This document shows positions 48,664-58,700 of a stretch of DNA of 64,000 nt, piece by piece. Numbering within the stretch: position 1 is the first letter of the stretch; each line of letters starts with the position of its first letter. Under the pieces are notes generated by a model. That model did no database searches, was not told the origin of the DNA, and saw only the letters and a list, made by a program, of their open reading frames with translations. The stretch is from Escherichia coli (GTDB lineage: Bacteria; Pseudomonadota; Gammaproteobacteria; Enterobacterales; Enterobacteriaceae). The translations under genes were made by a program, and so were the position numbers. The stretch lies in assembly GCA_025336685.1 (NCBI GenBank), contig GCA_025336685.1_4717.1, one strand, 5' to 3'.

Positions 48664-48689
48664 CCTCCTTACCCATGTGGGTAAGGAGG
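48664..48689. terminator. hairpin CCTCCTTACCC-ATGT-GGGTAAGGAGG
   Basis: 11-bp perfect stem in the intergenic region between 47763-48560 and 48842-49651. Confidence 0.45.
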
Positions 48690-48841
48690 TTCGTCCATCA
48701 CGACGGAAGGACGTTATGTGACGCGGTGTCCATAACGGCCCTGGTAGCAGGCATTAAAAAGATAACAAAAGGATGTAAGTTGAGCTAAACCACCTAAATA
48801 CGGTAACGATTACTTCCGTACACAATATAACGTAACATCTT

Positions 48842-49651
48842 TTACCACTGATTAAAGCTGCCCGCTTTAACGATGTCACAACGCAGATGGTTACATAACT
48901 GATCCAGGAAGACAACCGGACTGTCACCGGACAACATGGCCAGTGCGTGCTGACCGCCAGAACGAACAACCAGATCATCAACCATTGGCGCAGTAATCGG
49001 GAGATCGTACGCGTCCATGATTGCTTTGGCTTCCTGTTCTACGTCTTTCTGAAACCCTTCCATCGTCGGAGAGTCATATTTGGTTGCAAACTCGATCCCA
49101 GGCAAGTTAACGTAATCGTAAGTCATCACGCGGGTCATAACGCGACGGCGCTCACGTTGCCAGATCTGAGGATCGGTTAACGCACGAACCGAAAAACACA
49201 CGTTCACCAGAGGCGTTTCAAAATCCTTACGTAACGCATCACCGTACGGACCACAAGGAATAACGTCCCCCATCACCATCACGACAGGACGACCACGACG
49301 ATCGCGTCCTGCTTCTTCCAACCAAATCTTAGAAAAGCAATGACTCACTTTGGTTTCTTCGATTCGTAACGCTCGCTGTAAAAAGCTGGTGGCATCCTGA
49401 CCGATCTCTGGTTTAGGGTGACCGTATTCACCTTTCAGCGAACGATTGCGTGCGTTTGTTTGCAGTAAGCTGTTTTCCAGGAACAACGGTTTCGAACGCT
49501 CAAGTTCGTAATATTCTTCGGTATTGTTAAAACAGTTAAACCCACCGATAACACAGGTGTAGGCACCGTCAGCGTTAGGACGGATAATACCTTTTTTATT
49601 CACACCGAGATAACTGGTGCAAACAAGATTACTAATTGGTGGTTGCATCAT
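48842..49651 (-). CDS. hypothetical protein (269 aa)
   Basis: ORF. Confidence 0.5.
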   Translation of the reverse strand: MMQPPISNLVCTSYLGVNKKGIIRPNADGAYTCVIGGFNCFNNTEEYYELERSKPLFLENSLLQTNARNRSLKGEYGHPKPEIGQDATSFLQRALRIEETKVSHCFSKIWLEEAGRDRRGRPVVMVMGDVIPCGPYGDALRKDFETPLVNVCFSVRALTDPQIWQRERRRVMTRVMTYDYVNLPGIEFATKYDSPTMEGFQKDVEQEAKAIMDAYDLPITAPMVDDLVVRSGGQHALAMLSGDSPVVFLDQLCNHLRCDIVKAGSFNQW

Positions 49652-49729
49652 AACCCCTTTATAAGCAACTGAATGAAAAACGTTACCTTCCCGCTTTTTA
49701 TATCAAGAAGGCGACACGTAAGCGTTATA

Positions 49730-50461
49730 TCACCATTCATACGATCCGGCGCACTGATGTCCCAACAGCACCAATGCGTCGTCTTTGGCGGCCAGGTATT
49801 TTTCTAACGTTATCCGTGAAACAGACACATTGGAGAAATCCATCACACCTAAGCGATGATCGTAATGGTTAATTTGCATCCGGTAATAACCTTTCTTTAC
49901 CACCAAAAACTCACCCTGACGCAACCATAACGGAACGTTGTCCACCTCCGCATGGATATAAAACACCGGACATTCTGTCGTAACGGAGTTTTCCTTCCCA
50001 TCACTATCCGTGATCTTCCCTTTGGGAACAGCCGCGATAAAACATTCTCCGATACGTTCGGTTTGATACCCGTTGGGATAGCGTGGATCGTGAAATAGCC
50101 AATGCTCATCGCTGATATCAACATCGGATAACAGCGTACGATGTGGACGTAAGGCGATGTCAAACGGAACACGATAGATAATGTACCCGCCTAACCAATG
50201 CGCTAAGTGACCACCGGAATAATACTGCTTGATTGCGGTACTGTAACCGTATACACAACCCATCAAACTGCTGGATACACAGATCCTTGGAAACGATCCA
50301 TCCTCCATACGCAAGGTACGTTGAGGAATACGCGGCATCATCGTTTTCAGTTCGGTATCGGTGCTAATATGCAATAAACCGAAAGGAAGCGTTTTACTCG
50401 GGACCCACGCGCAACGTTCCATAATCGCTCTTGGGACAATAGTCTCGATAGACGATAACAT
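49730..50461 (-). CDS. hypothetical protein (243 aa)
   Basis: ORF. Confidence 0.5.
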   Translation of the reverse strand: MLSSIETIVPRAIMERCAWVPSKTLPFGLLHISTDTELKTMMPRIPQRTLRMEDGSFPRICVSSSLMGCVYGYSTAIKQYYSGGHLAHWLGGYIIYRVPFDIALRPHRTLLSDVDISDEHWLFHDPRYPNGYQTERIGECFIAAVPKGKITDSDGKENSVTTECPVFYIHAEVDNVPLWLRQGEFLVVKKGYYRMQINHYDHRLGVMDFSNVSVSRITLEKYLAAKDDALVLLGHQCAGSYEW

Positions 50462-50462
50462 A

Positions 50463-51173
50463 TCACCCCCTCAGAATCGCTTCTGTTTCGCTGATCGTAT
50501 CCGCAGGATAAACCAAACTACTGTCGATTGCGTTATTCACGTAACCACCCATTAAGTTGGTGATGGTGTTTGTACCACTATCGATAATGTTTCGTAATCC
50601 GATGTCGATGGCTTTTAAGGTGCTGCGTTCCTCATCCGAAAGTAAACGCCACGCTCGACGACGATCGTTGGGGTCACGTGTGGTGATAGAAGCCAGAACA
50701 GAATAGATGCTGCTGTCTGCGTTCAGTTTAACACCCGCCAATTTCGCTGACGTGTAGAGCAGCTGATATTTTTCTTTTTCGGTATACCACCATGGCACTT
50801 TACCGAGCGTATAGATCTCGTTATACATCAGCCATGGGAAAGAGTTTCGCATCACGACATCGGTTGACACCAACACCGTGTCGCCGGGAAGAAATACAAA
50901 TTCGTAAAACGGCTGACCATCCATGGTAATCTCACGGATGTCAGATGGGTCGATATGGAGCTGAGTCAATGCGTGGCTGACACCATACTGACCATCGGGA
51001 AGAATAATCGGGCAGCACGCACAAACCCGGTTCTCACTCCCGATGATAGATAAACCCAATCCCTCGTAACGGACGGGCGTCAGAATCGAACACCCGCCAC
51101 GAGTAACAACAGATTTATCTTCTTGTATGTCCCAGTCCGCAAGCACCGCAGCACCGTTGCGGACAAGCGCCAT
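50463..51173 (-). CDS. hypothetical protein (236 aa)
   Basis: ORF starting 1 nt after the stop of the upstream gene. Confidence 0.5.
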   Translation of the reverse strand: MALVRNGAAVLADWDIQEDKSVVTRGGCSILTPVRYEGLGLSIIGSENRVCACCPIILPDGQYGVSHALTQLHIDPSDIREITMDGQPFYEFVFLPGDTVLVSTDVVMRNSFPWLMYNEIYTLGKVPWWYTEKEKYQLLYTSAKLAGVKLNADSSIYSVLASITTRDPNDRRRAWRLLSDEERSTLKAIDIGLRNIIDSGTNTITNLMGGYVNNAIDSSLVYPADTISETEAILRG

Positions 51174-52697
51174 TTACACCTCGCTAATCTGGATAACGTA
51201 AAGCTGTTGGGCCACGTAATCGGTGGTCAGATGCATTGTTGCGATGGTCGCAGCTTCGAATACCGTGAGTTCAGGACGTTCACGCATAATCAAATCGATC
51301 TCGTCGATGAGACGGTTAACGCCTTGAGCGTCTTCATGATGCATGGTTTTCACGTACAGTGTGCGGAAATACTGCTGGAAGTTAGCTACGTCGGTATCGG
51401 TAAGAGTAGCAACTTCACCACGCACAATTTCCATAACCTTCTTACGGGTATCTTCATCGAGGTCCACCGTAATCAGGTCAGCAAATACACCCTGCAATGC
51501 CAACGCGTATGCACGTAAGCGGTTTGCGGCTTGCTGGCTGGCTTTCATGTTGATGTAGTTACGGTAATGCTGCATGAAGCCAGCACCGTTAGCCAACAGT
51601 TCGTCTTTACTGATGAGTTCGCGTTCTAACAGGACGGCTGCGGTTAGTGCTTCCGGTGAACCGCCTTCTTGCAGATAACCCATGTAGACATCCGCATTAA
51701 CGAAAATCGTCATCGTTGATGCGTCTTCAGCACGTTGAATCTGAGAAGCTGATGGTGCAGAAAGAATCAGCTCACCACGCTCCATACGCAGGATACGATC
51801 ACGACCGACGCGTGCCATCCCATTGATCGCCGCAGCACGAGCTTGTTGCATTTTAGCGCGGTAGTTTTCAAGCATCATGTCGTTGCCGTCCTGGATATCT
51901 TCCAGCAGGTTAACGGCCCACATGTAGCAGAGGAATGCAGGAGTTGCCGCAGCGCGCGAACCATGGAATGCAACGTTGTCGCTATCCGGATACGTAATCA
52001 GATAAGCGGTGGTGTTCGAAGAAGGAGCGGAGCCACGGAAGAAATAGTTGTAGATGTCTTCCAGTGCCTGATCGCTCATCCCTTCCGTCGCTTGCTGCAC
52101 AAAACGATCCAGGTTTTCATTACCAGTATACAGCAACGTACGCAGCTTATCACCGGTGATAAACGCAAGCTTTTCGGTTGGGGTGAAATCGTTATTAATC
52201 GAAATCAAGCCGTTGAGATCGTAATCGCCAACTAAGGCCTGGTACTCTTCGGAGTTATAAAACTCAGGATAGTAACTCAGACTTACCGTCGGGATCAGTT
52301 TCGGGGCCAGGATGATCGAATCGATACGTTTTTCCAGTTCCGGGTACAGCGCACGGCATTTCGGCAGGATGGTATTACGTGCCAACTCTTTGGCATACAC
52401 CACTTTTTCCACCACGTCTTGAACTGCGGTCTGTAAAACTTCATCGTGGATATAAACCTCGCGTTCGCTGGCAGGTGCTACAGCGCCATCTTCGGTTTCA
52501 TCAAGTGTTTCAGCAACAACCATACGTTCAGCACTAAGCTGCACCAACGCATCCGCATCTTCCGGCGGCTGGTTCCAATGCATGGTTTCACAAACCGCGG
52601 CTAACGGGGTACCTGGAATGGCTGCGACGATTTGGTTACGTTTGATAAACCCTTCGACAATGGGCTCAACGGCATAAACGGTTTTATTGGTGATCAT
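51174..52697 (-). CDS. hypothetical protein (507 aa)
   Basis: ORF; tightly packed with neighbours. Confidence 0.5.
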   Translation of the reverse strand: MITNKTVYAVEPIVEGFIKRNQIVAAIPGTPLAAVCETMHWNQPPEDADALVQLSAERMVVAETLDETEDGAVAPASEREVYIHDEVLQTAVQDVVEKVVYAKELARNTILPKCRALYPELEKRIDSIILAPKLIPTVSLSYYPEFYNSEEYQALVGDYDLNGLISINNDFTPTEKLAFITGDKLRTLLYTGNENLDRFVQQATEGMSDQALEDIYNYFFRGSAPSSNTTAYLITYPDSDNVAFHGSRAAATPAFLCYMWAVNLLEDIQDGNDMMLENYRAKMQQARAAAINGMARVGRDRILRMERGELILSAPSASQIQRAEDASTMTIFVNADVYMGYLQEGGSPEALTAAVLLERELISKDELLANGAGFMQHYRNYINMKASQQAANRLRAYALALQGVFADLITVDLDEDTRKKVMEIVRGEVATLTDTDVANFQQYFRTLYVKTMHHEDAQGVNRLIDEIDLIMRERPELTVFEAATIATMHLTTDYVAQQLYVIQISEV

Positions 52698-52930
52698 TAC
52701 TGCGCTCCCTCCAACGCATTACTACCTACGGGTTCTTTGGTTTCCAGACGGCTGTTTAAGCGTGCAGCAACCGCATCTTCCAATCCCAACGGCATAACCT
52801 TTTTGTTCACGTCAGGATCGGCGGCATCATTACCAACGGTTTGACGTACGACCTCAGCAACCAACGTTACCGCGTTCGTCAGCGCAACAAAGCTCGCTGC
52901 CCGAGCCGTGTTAAGTTGTTCTTGGTTCAT
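52697..52930 (-). CDS. hypothetical small protein (77 aa)
   Basis: ORF. Confidence 0.35.
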   Translation of the reverse strand: MNQEQLNTARAASFVALTNAVTLVAEVVRQTVGNDAADPDVNKKVMPLGLEDAVAARLNSRLETKEPVGSNALEGAQ

Positions 52931-53006
52931 TCACTTTTCCTTTTAATGTCAGAGCATCGCATTCTTGACGTACGTCAAGAAGGTACTGCGTTCAGCGAAA
53001 TAAACG

Positions 53007-53030
53007 AGCAGGGGCATGAAGCCCCCTGCT
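53007..53030. terminator. hairpin AGCAGGGG-loop-CCCCTGCT with T-rich flanks
   Basis: Inverted repeat immediately after the 53032-54255 stop. Confidence 0.5.
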
Positions 53031-53031
53031 C

Positions 53032-54255
53032 TTATTTAGCGTCGTTAAAGTAAATATCAACAGCTCGTTCCGTTGCGTAGAGGAGACCAAGATTCACAGT
53101 CCCAACCACTTCCGGTGAACCGATGATACGGTTAGCGATACTGGTGCCACTGAAGATAGCATCAAGGGTGTGCCCGTCTTCGGTTTTGTTCACACCATGA
53201 CCCACGGAAGAGACAACGGATTTCGCTTGTGCTGCGAAGGTACCCTTATCACCCATCCCCGCACCAAGGTCGTAACGCATGAAAATACGGATGGCGATCT
53301 GGTTCTCGCCTAACGGATTACCGTCTATTCTCACGTTACTGTTGTTGATACGCCCCGTCGTTGCTTCATTGAGTTTCAGTTCCTTGACGCGTTTAGCTCG
53401 CGCTTTATCTGCGTCACCGACGAGCGCCGCCATGGTTTCACTCATATCCTCAATCTGAGCGCGGTACAGCACATCGATCTGTACAACTTCACCATGAACG
53501 TCAGCACGTGGGTTATACTGACTCATACGACGTAATGCTTCAACGGCTTCCTGACTCTCATCACTCAGATCAGTTGCGATCGGTTCTTCCAGTGTTGCAA
53601 GAATAGTTCGAGGTTCAACATGATCGCCGATTTTTACGAGACCACGAATGTTGAGATGGGCGTCAACAATGAGCGTGCGGCTCTTAATCGATGGTGTTAC
53701 GAGACGATCGGCAAGATTGTCGAAGATATACGAACTGTCCTCGTGAGTCTCTGGAATATCCAGAATACCGACAAGAGACAGAACACCTGCGCGCCAAACA
53801 ACCTGACCTGGGTTCCACCAGTCGCGTTTAAAATAAAGACGATGGAAAACTACCACATCTTGATCCTTAACGCGATCCCCAACTTTATAATCGGTAATGA
53901 GGTCATGCGGATAATACTTACCTGGTCCTTTCCCGATTATCGTACCGAGTTGGAAAACCTCTTCTCCTAACTCTGGATCATCGTATTGTATCGTAAGCGC
54001 AGTTTTGGTGACCTTCTTCACAACACCATCGCCTTGGGCGGCAGCTGCGAAGAGTTTACCAACGCGATGCGCGATAACGGTCTCGCCACCAGTACGCCAT
54101 GGTTGTACATCGTAACCTTCAGCAGCAATCATGCGGTTGTGTTGGATGCCTATAAATACGAGACGCTTTGGCGGAATCCAGCAAAATACATTTACTGTGC
54201 GTCCGGATTGTTCAGATAAGGTCGTTAATCTTATCCCGGAGGCGATGATAGGCAC
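53032..54255 (-). CDS. RNA polymerase beta-like subunit, middle segment (probable 3' exon)
   Basis: [23 protein letters not shown] resembles beta [40 protein letters not shown]...[13 protein letters not shown] resembles GDKMAGRHGNKGVIS...GVPSRMNIGQILE. The listed start is GTG, and the frame stays open a few codons upstream, consistent with an exon. Confidence 0.6.
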   Translation of the reverse strand: [407 protein letters not shown]

Positions 54256-54483
54256 ACCGCCTCCCGCTTACGCTCTCACGTAAGAGCAGACTATATCACA
54301 TCTCGTCTTAGGCTTGTTTTCACAAGTCAAACGGTGCTTCTTCAGCACCTCAACGAGAGTTCACTTCTTCCCAGCGCATCCAGCGCCATTCTCTTATCCA
54401 AGGAGAATGCCTCACTCGAGGGGTACAGGGGGATGAATCCCTTAGTCGTTGAACCGTCACCCTAGAACGTTTCACAACGATCC

Positions 54484-55695
54484 TTAGGCGATTGGCTGCG
54501 GATTACCCTTGGCCTGCGGACCACGAACTTTTGTCGCGGTCAACTCTTCATTTTTAAAGCCTGCTTTACGAGCAATACGTCTCGCTTCTCGCACGTCTAA
54601 CGTTTCCGTTTCCGCTTTGGCTGAAGGCAGCATTGGGCGTCCTCGCAATTCAATGAATCTCGTCCATACGTCACCGTATAAACGGACCCGCTCTTTGTAA
54701 ACAGAATAGTAAATATAACGTTTTCCGTCAGGGAATTTAGTCATCCCATCGGACTTCAAACGGTAATTGAGTAACGTAGTAGATATACCCATTTCTTCGG
54801 CGCAATCAACGGCTGAAAGGTACAATAGCGGTACATCATTTTCAGGAATGACGACAATAGCACGTTTGTTGGTTGTCTTCTCCAACTCCAGGATACTATC
54901 TTCGACTTCCCGCCACGGCGTCTCATCAGTAACCCATTTAACTTGATAACAGCCATTAACGACAGGTTGGTTCTTGTCGTTAACGTACATCGACGCAGTG
55001 GGTAACTTAACACCAATGTGATTAGCGAATTCAGTCAATGATTCGAAAAGATGAATCTCTTTTGTTATCGTTGACCTTGCAATCACGCCCTTACTCCCCG
55101 TATCCGTCAACGTTGCTAACTCGTATTTGGTAGGAATACGCCACGGTTCATCGCCGTAATCTTTGCGGTACTGCTTACGTTCAGGAAACGCTCGCTGTTT
55201 ACCTCTATAGACACGATGATGAATGAAGTCGATATTCACACCAAGATCGCGTGCCGCTTCCGTCATGGATGGATATCTAGTTACAACACCGGTGTCAACA
55301 TCACGAACCTGAATAGGTTTACCGTAAGCAGCAATAGAACGTTTACGCATGTTCATAATGCGGGCATGCTGATTGTTCTCTTTCTGTGTAACCCATTCAA
55401 GATTGTCATTCTCTGTGTTACCGTCGGGATCAAGGTAGTTATTAAGTCTGTTGCCGTCCTTGTGGTTCACATGGAGCAAATGCGCATCATCGATGTTACG
55501 GAACGTTAACATTAGAAGTCTATGCATGGAACGGTAAACCAATGTTCCATCGTGACCTCGAAACGAATAACGATAATACCCAGCAATGATGATGGGCAAA
55601 TATTCAAACTTCGATTCCTTGTTACGCAATGTTCCATCTATGGATATCTCCAGGAACGGGAATTCCGGTACGGTCTTAAATACCTTCTCACTCAT
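54484..55695 (-). CDS. HNH homing endonuclease (intron-associated)
   Basis: HNH motif HRLLMLTF...HVNHKDGNRLNNYLDPDGNTENDNLEWVTQKENNQHA; helix-turn-helix-like repeats; located between the two beta-like segments. Confidence 0.85.
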   Translation of the reverse strand: MSEKVFKTVPEFPFLEISIDGTLRNKESKFEYLPIIIAGYYRYSFRGHDGTLVYRSMHRLLMLTFRNIDDAHLLHVNHKDGNRLNNYLDPDGNTENDNLEWVTQKENNQHARIMNMRKRSIAAYGKPIQVRDVDTGVVTRYPSMTEAARDLGVNIDFIHHRVYRGKQRAFPERKQYRKDYGDEPWRIPTKYELATLTDTGSKGVIARSTITKEIHLFESLTEFANHIGVKLPTASMYVNDKNQPVVNGCYQVKWVTDETPWREVEDSILELEKTTNKRAIVVIPENDVPLLYLSAVDCAEEMGISTTLLNYRLKSDGMTKFPDGKRYIYYSVYKERVRLYGDVWTRFIELRGRPMLPSAKAETETLDVREARRIARKAGFKNEELTATKVRGPQAKGNPQPIA

Positions 55696-55735
55696 TGACT
55701 ATATTCCTCTTGTGCAGTGATATTAACTACACTTT

Positions 55736-55750
55736 CGTAATATAGCCTTA
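55736..55750 (-). promoter_or_regulatory. phage promoter, minus-strand attaaggCTATATTACG, inside the putative intron upstream of the HNH ORF
   Basis: Plus-strand gtaatata at 55737-55744, about 42 nt upstream of the HNH start. Confidence 0.55.
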
Positions 55751-55770
55751 ATTCTGTTTACATTGAAGCC

Positions 55771-58700
55771 TTAATCATCTCTATCAGCAGCAGGTACTGC
55801 AAGTGCTGATGTACTCATTATTGACGAGCTACCATCCGTTTTCTCGTCGTAGGGTTTCGTTTCACCGTATACAGACACAATGTTTGCGTTAGGTGCGAGG
55901 TAAGCAGAAATACCTACATCCCCACTATCCTTCGTACCTTCGGATACAACACCAATGTCCGACTTGTCGTATTCACGATCGCGTGCGCGTCGAAGCGATG
56001 TCTTTGAACGCCCCCCGATACCGGTCATCGTTGCTTCTTCACCCTGCTTGATATCCAGCATCGGGTTGGTTTCATCGATCACGATGGAAGCGCTGTCGTC
56101 GAGAATTTGGTTCCAGACACTCACTGGACTGATTGAGATTTTCTGGCGGTTTCCTTGACTGCTGTTCTCGTTTTGACGAATAGCGCTAACCAGGTCCTTA
56201 TACACCAGTTCGGCGAACTTATCGTACGTTTTAAAACGTTGGTAGTTCACATCGTTCGTGTTAGGTGCCCAGTCATCCAGAAGCAGTTCAACAGCACGCA
56301 GTAACAACATGGCGAAATCGGTAGGTTCTCCCATGTTCTGTAGCAACGTACGGCTCACCGGATCGATGAAAAGACGCTCCATGAGTTCAAGTTCGCGTAA
56401 ATGGCGAACCTTAAGTCCAGCACCATCGACAACGTTAAAATAGATATCTCGATTGTCAAAAGCACCGCGAGCGTAACCGATGTAGTTACGGTACTCGTTG
56501 AACCCACCCAACAGCAACGTCGTCATGCGATCGTCTTTACTGAAGATCAAACTTTCGTCGTCAAAGCTCACCGCGAATTCATCGGGTGCTAGACCCATAC
56601 GAGAGCCGCGAGGTACCGTACGATAGTTCGCTTTAAGGTGTTCTAATAACGGGGTAAGCCCACCCAGATAACTTAGAACAACACCGACCGGAATACGTAC
56701 ACCCATGAATTCAAGATCGGCGGCTTCGATCGGCATCTTAGCCGCATTGATACCGAAGAAATCAGGGAACGTCCCTACAGGTGTTGGTGTTTGTCCTGAC
56801 TGACAGATATAGAGCTGATTGCGTTCATCGATTGCTAAGAATTCACCCAACGTGTTACGTGCAAACGTCAGGAGCCCTTCGGCTAACTGTTCGTTGAACC
56901 GATCTTCCCCAATGAACTCCGGCAATGTCTTTATATCGAGACGTATATCCCAATCAGCGAATTGGATTTGGGTATAGTTGCGTGCAAGCACTGCGAAGTA
57001 ATACGGGACTTTGACAGCCGGATCAAAGACGTTACCGCGTTTTAACGTGGTTAAGGGTGAGGACTTATCGTAATACATCGCCGTAAGTTGACGTGTTAGC
57101 CAACGACCCGCATTATTAACGACGCGCTCTGAACGTTTAACAAACACCTTACCGTAGGCGGTACTCAATGCAACTTCGGATGACGATACCTTTCTAATAG
57201 GTTTATCGACGCGTTGTTTACGCATCCGGTACTTGATGCCGTTAACGACATAAATGCCGTCCTTACGAACCTTCGGTAACATCACCGGGAACGTGGTCGG
57301 GACACCGCCTACGGGGGCCAGTTTAATCGTGATGACTTGATAATCCCCCATCACGTCAACAACATCTTCGACTTTATATCCCGTGACTGGGTAACCTGCC
57401 TGCTGTACCGCAACAACAGCAGCTGCGATGTCCTTTTGCATTACGTGTTCGACGTAATGTTTATCCCACACCGCAAGCGTCGATTTACATAAGCTCTTAT
57501 CGACGATAACGTCCGCTTCCGGCATAACCTTTGCGGGAGCTAATTTCGCGGCTTTTGGTTTAACTTCAACATACTCAGCAAGTGTTAATCCAGAACCGTC
57601 GGGTGCTTCGATTTCATGGATGGCGTCAGCGTTACGCATCGCTGCTTTATATTGGACGCCACTTAACTGCCCCGCATCCGCCAGATCGCCCGCGCGTACC
57701 AACACCGCATCCGATAACGACTGAATATACTCACCGTGTGTTTTTGGTAACGTTGTCGCGTCAAAGACATCAACCTTTTCTTCTTCGGTATCGTCAGTAA
57801 CGACTTCGAAGAGATCGTCGGTAATGTCCTGATCTTCATCAGGTTGGAAATCCGGTTGTACTTCTACCCCGGGTACTTCACGGACATCTTCGAACGTGCG
57901 TTCTACAACGGCGTTCCATGCATCAGCGTCATCGTCTTCATCCGACCCACCGACCAACTCCGCTTCTAACTCATCGGGGTCAAGAACAGTGGCCAGATCC
58001 TCACCGTTAGGAAGCACGACGTCACGATCGTCGTACTCCGCATCCGGGTTGTCGGTAAGAATATCTCGCTCTTGACGAAGAACCTGTTCCTCTTCTTGTT
58101 TCTGTTCTTCTTCATTCGCGCTCTGCGACCACAAACGTGTTACCGCCATCATCCAACGACGTTGGAAGGTTTCAAGTGTCGTTTTGTCGAGTTCTTCCCC
58201 TTCCTTTACAAGCCCGGTACGCCATTCCTCCAGCAGGCCGAGATTCAACGTAAAGAAGTACACACCGTCTGTAAATACAACGTTAAGCTTATCCAGCGTG
58301 GCCCTGTCTAACGAAGCCATCGTGCTGTTCTCACGATCGGTTCCCAACCAGCGGAAGAAGTCAAAGAACGACAGCTCCTCCGGTGTGGCGAAATTCATGA
58401 GGTTGTTACGGGTCGGTGCCTGTTGTGTGGTACGCATCAACGAAATCTTCGGCAATGTTGACGGTAAACGGAACAACAAAAAGTGTTGACGATCGCTTTG
58501 TTGTGCGATTTCGTTGGCTTTCGACCAAATTGTTTTACGTACGTTGAACCATTCATCATACCAACGGGTGAGCGTTGGACGATAGATGTACATGTGGTTA
58601 AGATGCGCGTAGTTAGCAACGATCTGAGCGTTGATGTTTTTCTCCACCGTACTTAGATCGGTAACCAAACGAAAACGACGATGCGATGCACGATAATCCA

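Larger units (their letters stand above)
54256..55772 (-). mobile_element. candidate group I intron (or intron-like homing-endonuclease insertion) splitting the beta-like gene; boundaries approximate
   Basis: Minus-strand R-like GTTCAACGACTAAGG (plus 54431-54445), S-like GATATAGTCTGC (plus 54286-54297) and Q-like AATCCGCAGCC (plus 54494-54504); P8- and P9-like hairpins between them; HNH ORF inside; flanking ORFs are consecutive parts of beta. Confidence 0.5.
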
